DNA of 64,000 nt from Eledone cirrhosa (taxonomy: Eukaryota): the NCBI GenBank assembly GCA_964016885.1, contig OZ024741.1, forward strand, positions 146,878,001-146,942,000, read 5' to 3'. Shown here piece after piece: positions 1 through 11,235 of the stretch (its first letter is position 1; every line of letters begins with the position of its first letter). Made by a program: the position numbers and the translations under genes. The notes beneath the pieces were generated by a model that was not told the DNA's origin, did no database searches, and saw only the letters and a program-made list of their open reading frames with translations.

Positions 1-1948
1 AGCATTCGATAGTTTGTCACACAGTTGGATTGAAAAATGTTTAGAGATTTTCAAAATATCCCCCGTTGTCAGGAGGTTTTTGTCATTCAGTATGAAGACA
101 TGGAAAACGACACTCCTTTTGAATAGTGAAACAAAATCACTGGAAGCTGGAGAAGTTAATATTAATTGTGGAATTTTTCAGGGTGACTCTTTATCACCGC
201 TTTTATTCTGCATCGCACTTATACCATTAAGTAAAATGCTCAATGAAACAAAACATGGATATAAAGTCTATGACAAAACCATTAATCACCTGTTCTACAT
301 GGATGACCTGAAACTATTTGCAAAAAATGATGAACAATTGCAAGGGCTATTATCCACTGTGGAGCAGTTCAGTGATGACATTAAAATGGAGTTTGGACTA
401 GATAAATGCGCCAAAGCAACGTTCACCAGAGGAAAGCTGCTGAAGAGTTCAGACATTAATCTTGATCGGGGGAACGTGATAAGAGAACTTGATCAAGAAA
501 AAACTTACAAATATCTAGGTCTTTGTGAAGGAGACGGAATCAAGCACTCGACAATGAGGGAAAGGATAAGGAAGGAATGTTACCGCAGAGTAAGAGCAAT
601 CTTAAGAACGGAATTGAATGCAAGGAATAGGATCGATGCCATAAACACGCTTGCCATACCAGTAGTAACCTACAGTTACAATGTCATCAACTGGTCAAGC
701 ACAGAGATCCGTAGGCTCGATACAAAAATTCGAAAATTCTTAACCATGCACATAATGCATCACCCTAAGGCAGATATAGATAGAATATATCTCCCTAGGA
801 AAGAAGGAGGACGTGGGTTAATCCAGTTAGACGTTGCGTTGAAAACTGCAACAATTGGATTATCTACATATCTAAGGGAATCACATGATTGGATGATCAA
901 ACTCGTTTTGAAACACGAAAGCATCAAAAGATCATATTCCATTACAAAAGATTCACAAAGATACAGTAATGGACTACAAATTTCAGAAGTCCCATTTACT
1001 GCTGAAATGGAAAACACAGAAAAAGCAAAGCAGGTAAAAGTAACTGCAAAGAAAGAACTGCTACAGAAACTGGCTAAGAAATGGCAAGAAAAGCCTCTGT
1101 ATGGAAAATACCCAGAAAGAGCTAACAATCCTGATGTTGACAAAACTTTAACCCATCAGTGGTTGGCATCCTCTGGACTGAAATCGGAGACTGAAGGACT
1201 GATTATATCAGCACAAGATCAGCAAAAATTACCAAGCCAACATAATAAAAAATGGATGCAAAAAACAACCAGAGACCATTGACCATATAATTTCAATGTG
1301 CAGTCCTATAGCTCCAACCGAATACCTAAACAGGCATGACAGAGCTGCACAATACATACATTGGATAATGTGTAAGCATTTTGACCTGCCCCATCAAAAG
1401 AATTGGTGGGAGCATCAACCACCTCCCATACTTGAAAAAGATCACATCTCAATCTTGTGGAACTTTAGCATCCAAACAGACCGAAAAATAGATGCAAATA
1501 GACCTGATATAATATTGAAGGACTTTAAAAAGAGGGTATGTCTGCTAATTGATATGTCTGTTCCAATAGACAAGAATGTATCTATAAAAACATTTGAAAA
1601 ATTGAGCAAGTATAAGGACCTGGAGATAGAAATTTGAAAATTGTGGAAATTGAGAACTAAAACAATACCAGTGGTTGTAGGCGCTCTACCTAAGGGGCCT
1701 AATGATTACTTATCGCAGATCCCAGGAAACCCGCGTATAGGAGAAATACAAAAGATAGTACTAATGGGAACTGCCCATATACTAAGCAAGATTCTGTCAA
1801 TATAAGTACATCACAAGTCTAAACACTAAAGATGCATGTGTGAGTATGTATGTTCTTTCTTGAACATGGCGGACCTTGTTGTCTTTTGAGGTCACTGGTT
1901 GTGACTTGGTGATAACTCATATGAACATAAAGCAAGATAAATGCAACT

Positions 1949-1950
<2 letters not shown>
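1..1950 (+). mobile_element. R4/Dong-clade non-LTR retrotransposon, 3' half, disrupted (element 1)
   Basis: ORF 14-1282 has RT motifs GIFQGDSLSPLLF, HLFYMDDLKLF and YKYLG. ORF 1296-1637 has RHD and RPDI..LIDMSVP..K..KY (restriction-like endonuclease). There is a frameshift/deletion at ~1225-1295 and a stop at 1635; the 3' UTR is followed by (TAA)n(GAA)n. Confidence 0.9.
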
Positions 1951-1979
<29 letters not shown>

Positions 1980-2006
1980 GAAGAAGAAGAAGAAGAAGAA
2001 GAAGAA
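1951..2006 (+). repeat. (TAA)n(GAA)n compound microsatellite, tail of element 1
   Basis: Directly visible. Confidence 0.95.
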
Positions 2007-2289
2007 TAGGGAAGAAGACGCACGAGGTGACGGAGGTCATGAAATCGCTCCCGTAAGTTTTGAATTTTTAACATATTTAAATCATTTGTGAAATAACAAC
2101 TCTTAGTACAAATGCTACGTAAAGCACCCGGCTTGAGCCCCAAAAAATTCGGACCCAAAATATATTGTTATAAGGCTCAAATATTCAAATATTCAACTTT
2201 GTATTGTACACTGTATATCCAAAAAAAAAATGGCTATAAATGGAAGAAGAAGAACCCCCCCCCCCCCTCCTCTCCTCTGGCTACACTAT

Positions 2290-2845
2290 ATAGGACAGCT
2301 AAACTCACCAACACCAGAAACTAGATACACCACCCACCCCATCATCTGTGTACACTAAACAGAACAGCATTTTCACCTTCACCGCCACCGCTCACTACGG
2401 CCATCATTACCACCACTATCCCATCACCGCCGCCACCACCCCTTGACTCCTTCACTGCTGCTGCCACCGCTACAGCACCATCACTACAGTAATACGGTCG
2501 CATCACCGCCACCACTGCCTCGGTATCGACATCACCACCACCACTGTCTCAGTATCGCCAACGCCGCCAGTCTCTGCTGGCTGCCACTTCCACATTATAG
2601 AATTCCTACTACTAACAAAGAGGAAGGCATCAAAATATATAGATAGACTCAAAAGAAAAAAGAAAAAACAAACAACAAAACCAAAGCAGCACAGCAACAA
2701 CAGCAAAAAACGAGAAAAACAAACAGAGAAAAACAAAAACAAAAAAAGAAACCCCAAAAACGTAAAGAAAATAAGAATGAAGAGAGAAGCAGGCGGACGG
2801 ACAGAGAAGAGGGGGGAAAAAGTAAAACTTAAAAAACAAAAACTA
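2290..2845. repeat. Low-complexity (CAC/CCA)-rich then A-rich tract
   Basis: Degenerate CAC/CCG triplets at 2375-2600 and A-rich runs at 2650-2845. Confidence 0.7.
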
Positions 2846-3075
2846 AGTCAGACATTCGAATACTACATTACAATGAAACTTATGCTTATTCATTTTTGGG
2901 GCCCTTTCTGCCCGTGTGTTTGTTTGTTTATGTGTGTTCGTATACAGCGTGGTGATAATGCCACACAAGGGCCAAGTGGGATGGCGGATCCACAGATGGC
3001 TATGTAAACATACATTCGCCAATCCTCGATAAGAGTGTTTAAATATCGAACATAAACAGTTCGAATAACGGTGAA

Positions 3076-6000
3076 ATGGAGACTAGAACGTCATGTGACA
3101 GACTCTCACCCAACAGGTGCCCCCTGGCTCAGCAGCAGGAACCTGACTGTCAACCAAATACTGCTGATGTTGGAGGAAGAAGAAGAAGGAAAGGGGCCAG
3201 AACCAACTGGACGAAAGAATTGAATAGAACTGTTATGCAATGCTACCTGAAAAGTAACCCCAAGGAGAGGGGCTACAGGAGACGGATGCATAACATCTGG
3301 AACGAGATTGGTTTATTTAAATTAGATGAACAAAAATTGGCCGGGCAGGCTCGGGTAATAAGAACTAATGGGTGGATAAGCGAGCTGGAACTGGAGGAAC
3401 TAAGCAGAGAGAATGGCTTGGAGATGGCGGGTGTAGTATGCCAGACAAGCGAGCCGGCGGGAAATGAAGGTGAGGAGGTCCTGAGAACGGAGGAACCACC
3501 CGAAGCAGACAATGATCTGAATACTGAGATAAATAATACCTGGAACAGAGATACGGCCACTGAGGAGATGAATGCTGACGGGCTAGGACAAGATTCGGTT
3601 GACATCCTAAATTTAGTGGTAGATGAGTTGAACAATGATAGTGGGAGACCTATGAACCTAAGATTTGTAGACAGGAAAAAGTTAAAAGAAACAACAGCTA
3701 AGGTAAACAAAGTCATCCCATACCTTGAGGCGAGGAGTCTTCACCAGTGCAACAATATCCTCAAAGCAACAGCAAATACGGTGAGGAAACTACTTGGTAT
3801 AAAAGCGAGAGGAAACAACAGACAAGAAAGAGCAGAGCCGTGGTGGAAGAAGCGACTGAGTGGGCAAATCGGGGAAATGAGAAATGACATAGGAAAGCTT
3901 GAGTCACTACTGAATGGGACACTAAAAAACATAGGCACTAAAAATAGACTGGAAATAAAATACAAAACTAGGAGTAAAAAGCTAAATATTATCATAGAGG
4001 AATTGAAGCAACGCATTGTAGCAAAGAGTGCCAAAATCAGGCGATACGAGAACAGAGTCAGTCAGTATAAACAGAACCGCATGTTCGACAACAACCAGAA
4101 GATGCTGTTTGGACAGCTTGAGGGGAAAGAAAGAGGCAACGACTTGATCCCTGGGGCGGAACAAGCTAAAACATTCTGGAGAGGAATATGGGAGCAGGAT
4201 GTTAGACACAATGCCCAGGCAGGGTGGATTGAGACAGTACAGAGGGAGATCGGTGAGCAGGCACAACAACAGACTGATTTGAGTATCACAGTTGAAACTC
4301 TTAAGGGGCAAGCCAAAAAACTAACCAACTGGAAATCACCAGGCCCAGATGGTGTGCAGGGGTATTGGATTAAACATTTAACATCCCTCCACCCGAAGCT
4401 GACGGCCATGTTCAATGACTGCTTGGTGTCGGGTGAGGTGCCAGAGTGGTTGACAAAAGGTACCACAGTTCTGATAATGAAAGACCGAATCAAGGGTAAT
4501 GATGTTACCAACTATAGACCTATCACATGTCTGCCCGTAATGTGGAAACTGTTGACGAGCATTGTGTCTGAGGAAATCTACCATCACCTCCACACAAACA
4601 ACTTGTTACCGGACGAACAGAAAGGATGCCGAAAGAAGTCACGTGGTACAAAGGACCAGTTGCTTATTGATAAGATGGTAATGGGGAATTGCAGGAGGAG
4701 ACACACTGATCTTGCCATGGGATGGATAGACTACAGAAAGGCATTTGACATGGTGCCTCATTCCTGGATCACCAAAAGCCTGGAGATCTTCAGGGTGGCA
4801 GATAACATCAGACAGTTGCTGGGCAGGAGTATGGGGTCCTGGGAGACAGAGTTGACATCAACTGGAGTATCCTTGGGAAGCGTGAAGATCAAGAGAGGTA
4901 TCTTCCAGGGAGATAGCCTGTCCCCTCTGTTGTTTGTCCTTGCCCTGATGCCCTTGACCATTATGCTGCGAAAAGTGAGAGCAGGATACAAGTTGGGAAG
5001 GGGAGAGCTTACCATCAATCACCTCCTCTTCATTGACGATCTTAAGCTCTTCGGGAAAAGTGAGAAGGAGTTGGATGTGCTTGTTGACACTGTCCGTATT
5101 TTCAGCAGTGATATATGTATGCAGTTTGGTATTGGTAAATGTGGAGTCATTGTGATGAAGAGGGGTAGGTTGAGCAGAAGTAACGGGATCCAGATACCAA
5201 CAGGTGAGATGATAAAGGAAATTGACTCTGAGGAAGGATACAAGTATTTGGGCGTTCTGGAGGCTGATGGCATAAAGAACAAAAAAATGAAGGAATTGTT
5301 AAGAACTGAATACATTCGGAGAGTAAGGAGCGTATTGAAGTCACATCTGAACAGCAGAAATGCCATAAGCGCAGTAAATTCCCGAGCTGTGTCTATTATT
5401 AGGTACAGTGCGGGAATTCTGAGATGGAATGTTGCTGAACAAAATGAAATGGATAGGAAGACTAGGAAGCTATTGACTATCTACAACATGTTCCACAAGA
5501 GGAGTGATGTCGATAGACTCTACCTAAGGAGATCTAAGGGTGGAAGAGGTCTTATCAGCATAGAGGACTGTGTTCAGATGGAGAAAAACAACCTATACAA
5601 ATACGTGACCTATAGTAAGGAGCCAATGCTCAGAGCTGTACTGAAGGAGGGGACAGTAGGCCAGGGGATATCCAAGGAGGAAATAACATCAAGGAGGAAG
5701 AGCAGCCTTAAGGGAAAATCCCTTCATAGTACCTTCTTTGAGAAAACTGAATTTAGAGATCCACAGACATGGAACTGGTTGAGAAGAGGAGACCTCAAAA
5801 AGGCTACAGAAGGAATGCTAATGGCTGCGCAGGAGCAGGCCCTCAAAACGAAGTGGTTGAAGCACCATATCTACAAGGAGGAGGCTAGCCCACTGTGCAG
5901 GATCTGTGGAGAGAGAGAGGAGACTGTGGCTCACATTGTGTCCGAGTGTAAACACCTAGCCCAGACCCACTATAAGGGCTGGAGACACGATGTGATGGGC

Positions 6001-6468
6001 AGGGTGATCCACTGGCACCTGTGCAAAGTAAACAATCTACCACATTCTGAGAAATGGTATGAGCATAGGCCAGAGGCGGTGATGGATAACAGTCAGGTGA
6101 AGGTGCTGTGGGATTTTAGGATACAGACGGACAAAAAACTGGAACACAATAGACCTGACCTGGTGGTTGTGGACAAAGAAAAAAGATCGTGCCTGATTGT
6201 GGATGTGGCCTGCCCGTTCGACACGAGAGTGCAAGAGAAGGAGAGGGAGAAAATTAACCGATACCAGGACCTAAAGTGGGAGGTGAAAAGGATTTGGAAC
6301 TGCCATGAAGTCAAAGTGATCCCGATTGTCATAGGCGCACTGGGGACTATCTCCAAAGGTTTCCAGGGATGGTTAAAGAAAATCGGCCCCTTCACGCTTT
6401 TTGGAACGCTTCAAAAGGCATGCTTGCTTGGAACAGCAAGAACCCTCCGATACGTCCTGAATATCTGA
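3076..6468 (+). CDS. Intact R4/Dong-clade retrotransposon protein (RT + CCHC knuckle + restriction-like endonuclease), 1130 aa
   Basis: Uninterrupted ORF from ATG. Motifs: N-terminal WTKELN..GYRRRMHNIW; RT WKSPGPDG, NYRPITCLP, IDYRKAFD, GIFQGDSLSP, LFIDDLKLF, YKYLG; knuckle CRICGEREETVAHIVSEC; RHD; RPDLVVVD..IVDVACP..K..RY. Confidence 0.95.
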   Translation: METRTSCDRLSPNRCPLAQQQEPDCQPNTADVGGRRRRKGARTNWTKELNRTVMQCYLKSNPKERGYRRRMHNIWNEIGLFKLDEQKLAGQARVIRTNGWISELELEELSRENGLEMAGVVCQTSEPAGNEGEEVLRTEEPPEADNDLNTEINNTWNRDTATEEMNADGLGQDSVDILNLVVDELNNDSGRPMNLRFVDRKKLKETTAKVNKVIPYLEARSLHQCNNILKATANTVRKLLGIKARGNNRQERAEPWWKKRLSGQIGEMRNDIGKLESLLNGTLKNIGTKNRLEIKYKTRSKKLNIIIEELKQRIVAKSAKIRRYENRVSQYKQNRMFDNNQKMLFGQLEGKERGNDLIPGAEQAKTFWRGIWEQDVRHNAQAGWIETVQREIGEQAQQQTDLSITVETLKGQAKKLTNWKSPGPDGVQGYWIKHLTSLHPKLTAMFNDCLVSGEVPEWLTKGTTVLIMKDRIKGNDVTNYRPITCLPVMWKLLTSIVSEEIYHHLHTNNLLPDEQKGCRKKSRGTKDQLLIDKMVMGNCRRRHTDLAMGWIDYRKAFDMVPHSWITKSLEIFRVADNIRQLLGRSMGSWETELTSTGVSLGSVKIKRGIFQGDSLSPLLFVLALMPLTIMLRKVRAGYKLGRGELTINHLLFIDDLKLFGKSEKELDVLVDTVRIFSSDICMQFGIGKCGVIVMKRGRLSRSNGIQIPTGEMIKEIDSEEGYKYLGVLEADGIKNKKMKELLRTEYIRRVRSVLKSHLNSRNAISAVNSRAVSIIRYSAGILRWNVAEQNEMDRKTRKLLTIYNMFHKRSDVDRLYLRRSKGGRGLISIEDCVQMEKNNLYKYVTYSKEPMLRAVLKEGTVGQGISKEEITSRRKSSLKGKSLHSTFFEKTEFRDPQTWNWLRRGDLKKATEGMLMAAQEQALKTKWLKHHIYKEEASPLCRICGEREETVAHIVSECKHLAQTHYKGWRHDVMGRVIHWHLCKVNNLPHSEKWYEHRPEAVMDNSQVKVLWDFRIQTDKKLEHNRPDLVVVDKEKRSCLIVDVACPFDTRVQEKEREKINRYQDLKWEVKRIWNCHEVKVIPIVIGALGTISKGFQGWLKKIGPFTLFGTLQKACLLGTARTLRYVLNI

Positions 6469-6543
6469 GGCTGCAGGTAGTGGCTTGATATTCAATCCAA
6501 CGGACTTTCCAGTTAACCAACATCAATGACTGAGATTCAAGGA

Positions 6544-6548
6544 ATAAC

Positions 6549-6626
<78 letters not shown>

Positions 6627-6629
6627 AAA
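6544..6629 (+). repeat. (TAA)n(GAA)n tail of element 2
   Basis: Directly visible, ~75 nt after the stop codon. Confidence 0.95.
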
Positions 6630-7671
6630 AAATAGATAGGAAGACTAGGAAGCTAATGACTACCTACAGCATGTTCCACAAGATGTTGATAGACTCTACT
6701 TAAAGATCTGAATGTGGAAGAGTTCTTATCAGCGTAGAGGACTGTGTTCAGAAGGAGAGAAACAACCTGCACAAATATGTGTCTGACAGTAGGGAGCCAA
6801 TACTCAAAGTTGTACTGAAGGAGAAGACAATAGACCAGGGATGTCCAAGGAGGAAATAACAACAAGGAGGAAGAGCAACCTTCATGAAAAATCCCTTCAT
6901 AGCACCTTCTTTAAGAAAATGGAATTCAGAGATTCACAGACATGGAACTGGTTAAAAAGAGGGGACCTTAAAAAAAGCTTCAGAAGGAATGCTAATGGCC
7001 GCAAAAGAGCAGGCTCTCAAAACGAAGTGGGTGAAACACCATATTGACAAGGAGGAGGCTATCTCACTTTGTAGGATCTATGGAGAACCCAGACTCTCTA
7101 TAAAGGCTGGAGACATGATGTGATGGGCAGGGTGATTCATTGGCATCTATGCAAACTAAACAATTTACCACATTCTGAGAAGAGGTATGAGCATAAGCCA
7201 GAGTCGGTGATAGAAATCGATCAAGTGAAGGTGCTATGGTATTTCAGGATACAGACGGACAAGAAATTAGAACACAATAGGCCTGACCTGGTGGTTTTTG
7301 ACAAGGAAAAAGATTGTGCCTGATTGTAGATGTAGCCTGCCCATTTGACATGAGAGTGCAAGAAAAGGAGAAGGAGAAAATTAACCGATACCAGGATTTA
7401 AAGTGGGACTTAAAAAGGATTTTGGATTGTCATGAGATCATGGTCATCCCGATTGTCATAGAAGCACTAGGTACTATCTCAAAGAGTTTCCAAGTATGGT
7501 TAAAGAAGATTAGTCCAGTCCCGTTTTTTGGAACATTTCAGAAGGCATGCTTGCTGGGAACAGCAAGAACCCTCCGATACGTCCTGAATATCTGTAGCTG
7601 CAGGTAGCGGCTTGATATTCATTTCAACAAACTTTCCAGTTAAATAACATCAATGACTGAGACTCAAAGAA
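6630..7671 (+). mobile_element. 5'-truncated, decayed copy of the element-2 family (element 3)
   Basis: Aligns by eye to ~5447-6543, with frameshifts and a deletion in the zinc knuckle; same C-terminus LLGTARTLRYVLNI. Confidence 0.93.
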
Positions 7672-7755
7672 TGATGATGATGATGACGGCGACGACGACG
7701 ACGACGACGACAACAACAACAACAACAACAACGACGACGACGACGACGACAACAA
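7672..7755 (+). repeat. (GAT)n(GAC)n(AAC)n tail of element 3
   Basis: Directly visible. Confidence 0.9.
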
Positions 7756-8028
7756 GAAGCTGGTATGTAATATCAAGTTGGTGAACTGATGCATGAAGTA
7801 TTAAGCCTATCACCTAAAATACACAGTGAAATACTTGCAGTGATTTTGAAGAGATGATAATCCAATACCACATCTATTCAGCCATTTTCTTTCTCCATGT
7901 ATTTTAGATGGCTTACTCTGCTGGAATCTTTCTAACCAAGTAAGTGACTTGGCATGTGAGTGATTCAAAATGTGAATAACTAGGCAAATCGGTGATGAGT
8001 TTATGTGGTGAATAATCCTTTTTATATG

Positions 8029-8412
8029 TAACCATTTGAAACCACCTCTGGTTCTATGATACGAAACTACCTGAAACTGCCCTTGGTTCTAATATAAGCT
8101 GTTTGTTTTAAAGAGTTTATATTTATCTAAAAACCTTTCATCAGTATTTGTGTGTCTGGATGTATGCATTAAATGTATTCTAGTGTAAAGCATGCTATAG
8201 GAATTCCTCTTTTATAATATGTTTACAGTATATTAATCTAAAAACTTACCATTGTGATTTTATGTAAGAACCTTTAAGATATGTTTCCAACACTAGTTTA
8301 ATAATGAAAAAGTTGGATATATTACTAAATCCCTCCAAATTCTTGATTATTTTCAAAATGATTTGAAAACTACAGGCAATTTCTTTCATCAGAAATATAA
8401 TTAAAAGGTTAA
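8029..8412 (+). mobile_element. TTAA-flanked piggyBac-like MITE, family A
   Basis: Ends taaccatttg...aaaaggttaa. Body shared with copies at ~11720, 20129, 34399(-), 47149, 50625, 52368(-), 53039(-), 54690, 56373, 56787, 59099. Confidence 0.65.
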
Positions 8413-8679
8413 ACTGACTGATTGACTGACTAGTCGTCATCATCATTTTAAGGTCTATATTCCATACGTGTGTTAGTCCTGTGAATGAATAGTTTATTAT
8501 GTGAAATCCTTGTGTAAATAAGATTTAACATTTCCCCCTAAATATTGTTATTTGGGTAAATAAATATATGGGGAATTTTTTTATGGTGAGGAACCAGCTT
8601 AGGTGGTGGTGGTGATGGTGGTGGTGGTGGTAGTGGTGGGGTGAATTGATGTTGGTAAACTGCGATTTGAGCGAAAGCT

Positions 8680-9070
8680 TGTGACTGAGAAATGATATGG
8701 TAAATTGCTGTGTGTGTGATGGGAGGAATGAACTGTCATCAATTTTGATGAGAATTCCAGTTGTTAATATGAAAGTGGCTGAGCATTCTTCAGATACATG
8801 TACCCTTAATGTAATTCTCAGGGAAATTCAGCATGACACAGGATGTGATAAGGCTGGACACTTGAATTACAAGTACAATCCATCTGACAGTCTTCCAAAT
8901 AGTTTCTATCTACCCTATTTTACTTATGCTGTGGTATCAAATTTGGAGACCTTATCATTCCAAAGCAAACTTTTTAATCATGTTGTGAGATTACCAGAAA
9001 AGTGGTCTATGTTTATTTTAGAATGCCACACAACTCACACCTTGTTGTGTATGTCAGGTAATTCTCTTAG
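8680..9070 (-). mobile_element. Decayed SINE (family also at ~20800-21075, 48960-49200, 51100-51410, 58460-58800)
   Basis: Shared blocks such as cccttaatgtaattctcagggaaattcagcatgacaca..tgtgataaggctgg. Confidence 0.6.
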
Positions 9071-9767
9071 ATAAAAGATGATTTTTATAAATATTATAAT
9101 TAAATCAAACATCTGCTTCCAGTAAAGTTTAGAAGTTCAGGAATTATAACAAAAATTCAAATATAAAATGATTTATAATGGACCAACTTTTCAATAATAT
9201 TTTTTATGATTAATTAAAATTCTAATTCATTGCTTAAGAAAAGAATAACATCATCAAGAATGATTCTTTATATCAATAAGACCAACACATATCACACTCA
9301 ATAACATAAATATATAATACACACATAAAAGACAAAAATACTAGGAAGTACATATAACACATCTGGATAACACAGATTCAAGAGAGCAAAATATTTGTTT
9401 TTCTTTAGTTCATTTTGCTCCCTATGGAGCACTGGATGCAACAAATTTTGATTAATGGAGTAAGGGTTGTTAGCCTTACTCTCCATTCCTTCTCTCTTCT
9501 CAACACAGGCTGAAAACTAACACAACACTTCGGAGTTAAGGAGGTGAGGGTCCATAACCATGGATAGGAGTCTATTCCAGGTAATGTCAGCTGTGCCTTA
9601 GACTAATATAAGCACCATATATGATAAACAAAAACAGGTGTACAAAAAATATATTATGCCAGTTCTGTCTGATGCACTCAACAAACAACAATAAACTAGA
9701 AGAAATCTGAAACAGTCATTCACATCCCTATAGGTTCCATACAAACAACTTTCATACATAAGCTACA

Positions 9768-10075
9768 CGTCATCATCATTTTACATCCACTTTCGACACT
9801 GACATGGGATGAACAGATTGTCAAAGTCCAAGACCAAACAGGACAGATCAACACCTCTTGCTTGTATGTTCCATATTTGTCAAGATTTCTATGGCTGGAT
9901 ACCTTTTCTTAACACATCTTATTGATTATACTAAGTGCACCTTATTGTGCCACAAGCACTACAAAAAAGTACTGGTGCCACAATAAAATGGATCCAGTAC
10001 ATTCTATAAAGTGGTAGAGATTTACCTGAAAAAAGGACACAAGGAGTCTGCCATGGATCTTTTTATGGCACAATA
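9768..10075 (-). mobile_element. RTE 3'-end fragment
   Basis: catcatcattttacatccact...ggctggatacctttt matches the RTE 3' end at 12064-12220. Confidence 0.6.
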
Positions 10076-10301
10076 TAAGAGATTCAGATAGAGAGACAAA
10101 CAGACAAAAGCAGAGAGAGGGTGAGAGAAATAATTCAATGAACGAATTCATCCCAGTACTTCATTGGTATTTTGTTGATCAACTCCGAAATGATAAAATG
10201 GGGTTTGTTAAGTTTAACGTAAAGAGTATAAAGATTTCTGTGATTAGTTTTAAATAACTGAAATGTGCAGGATTAACAAGAAGTCATTATTTATAATTCA
10301 A

Positions 10302-10816
10302 TGGCGGGGGATTGGCAGTATCGGTAGAGGGTCGGACGCCATGCTTTCCAGCATAGTTACGTCCCTTTACGATCTGAGTTCAAATCCCGCTGAGGTTGAC
10401 TTTGCCTTTCATCCTAATGGGGTCGATAAAATAAAGTACCAGTAATGCACTGGTAATTGCTGGCCTTGTGCCTAAAGTAGAAACAATTATTTGTAATTCA
10501 AATCCCGCCGAGGTTAACTTTGCCTTTCATCGTTACGGGGTCGATAAAATAAAGTACCAGTAATGTACTGCGTAATTGCTGGCCTTGTGCCTAAAGTAGA
10601 AACAATTATTTGTAATTAGGGTGGGGGATTGGCAGTATCGGTAGAGGGTCAGATGCCATACTTTGCAGCACAGTTACGTCCCTTTATGGACTGAGTTCAA
10701 ATCCCGCCGAGGTTAAATTTGCCTTTCATCCTTACGGGGTCGATAAAATAAAGTACCAGTAATACACTGAGATAATTGCTGGCCTTGTGCCAAAAGTAGA
10801 AACAATTATTTGTAAT
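10302..10816 (+). mobile_element. Tandem trimer of a tRNA-derived SINE with a Meta/MESC-like core
   Basis: A box tggcagtatcgg, B box gagttcaaatcc, core gactttgcctttcatcc..ggggtcgataaaataaagtaccag. Units at 10302-10495, 10496-10617 (headless) and 10618-10816. Confidence 0.85.
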
Positions 10817-10984
10817 AAAATGTTATATCATTATAATTATGGGGTTGTTGCTGCCAACCAACCTATCAATAAAATTATATTTCTATTGTGTAGGATTTAG
10901 CAGTTTTCTGTCAAAGTCATTATTTCATTATATAATTCCATCCCCTACCAATGATAATGATACTTTTATGAATTTTATGAGTTT

Positions 10985-11184
10985 ATTTCTTTTATTCCAT
11001 TACTGGTTATAGCCAGAGTGTGGCCATGTTGAGACACTACCTTAAAGAGATTTTCATCAATCACATTGACCCCCCAGTGCTTATATTTTCAAGCCTGGTA
11101 CATATTTATCAATATCTTTTTTTGTGTGTGAAACTGGTGACTTGTGAGACATTAAAACAAACATAGAAATGAACAGACAGACAG

Positions 11185-11225
<41 letters not shown>
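10985..11225 (-). mobile_element. SINE 3' portion plus (CA)n (family also at 25570-25740, 28850-29015, 30010-30130, 49470-49640)
   Basis: Shared gacccc(c)agtacttat..aagcctggtac and tggccatgttg blocks. Confidence 0.6.

Positions 11226-11235
<10 letters not shown>

Noticed and set aside
1819-2158. ORFs with poly-L/I/N/K/S/Y runs
   Set aside because: Translations of the (TAA)n(GAA)n tail
3015-3040. tcctcg resembling the HDV ribozyme L3 loop
   Set aside because: Flanking bases do not form P3 or P1
10015-10045. Minus-strand ttttttcag|gtaaat
   Set aside because: Weaker donor, inside an RTE tail remnant, and no partner donor identified
10302-10400. tRNA gene (A and B boxes)
   Set aside because: No cloverleaf; continues into a SINE core
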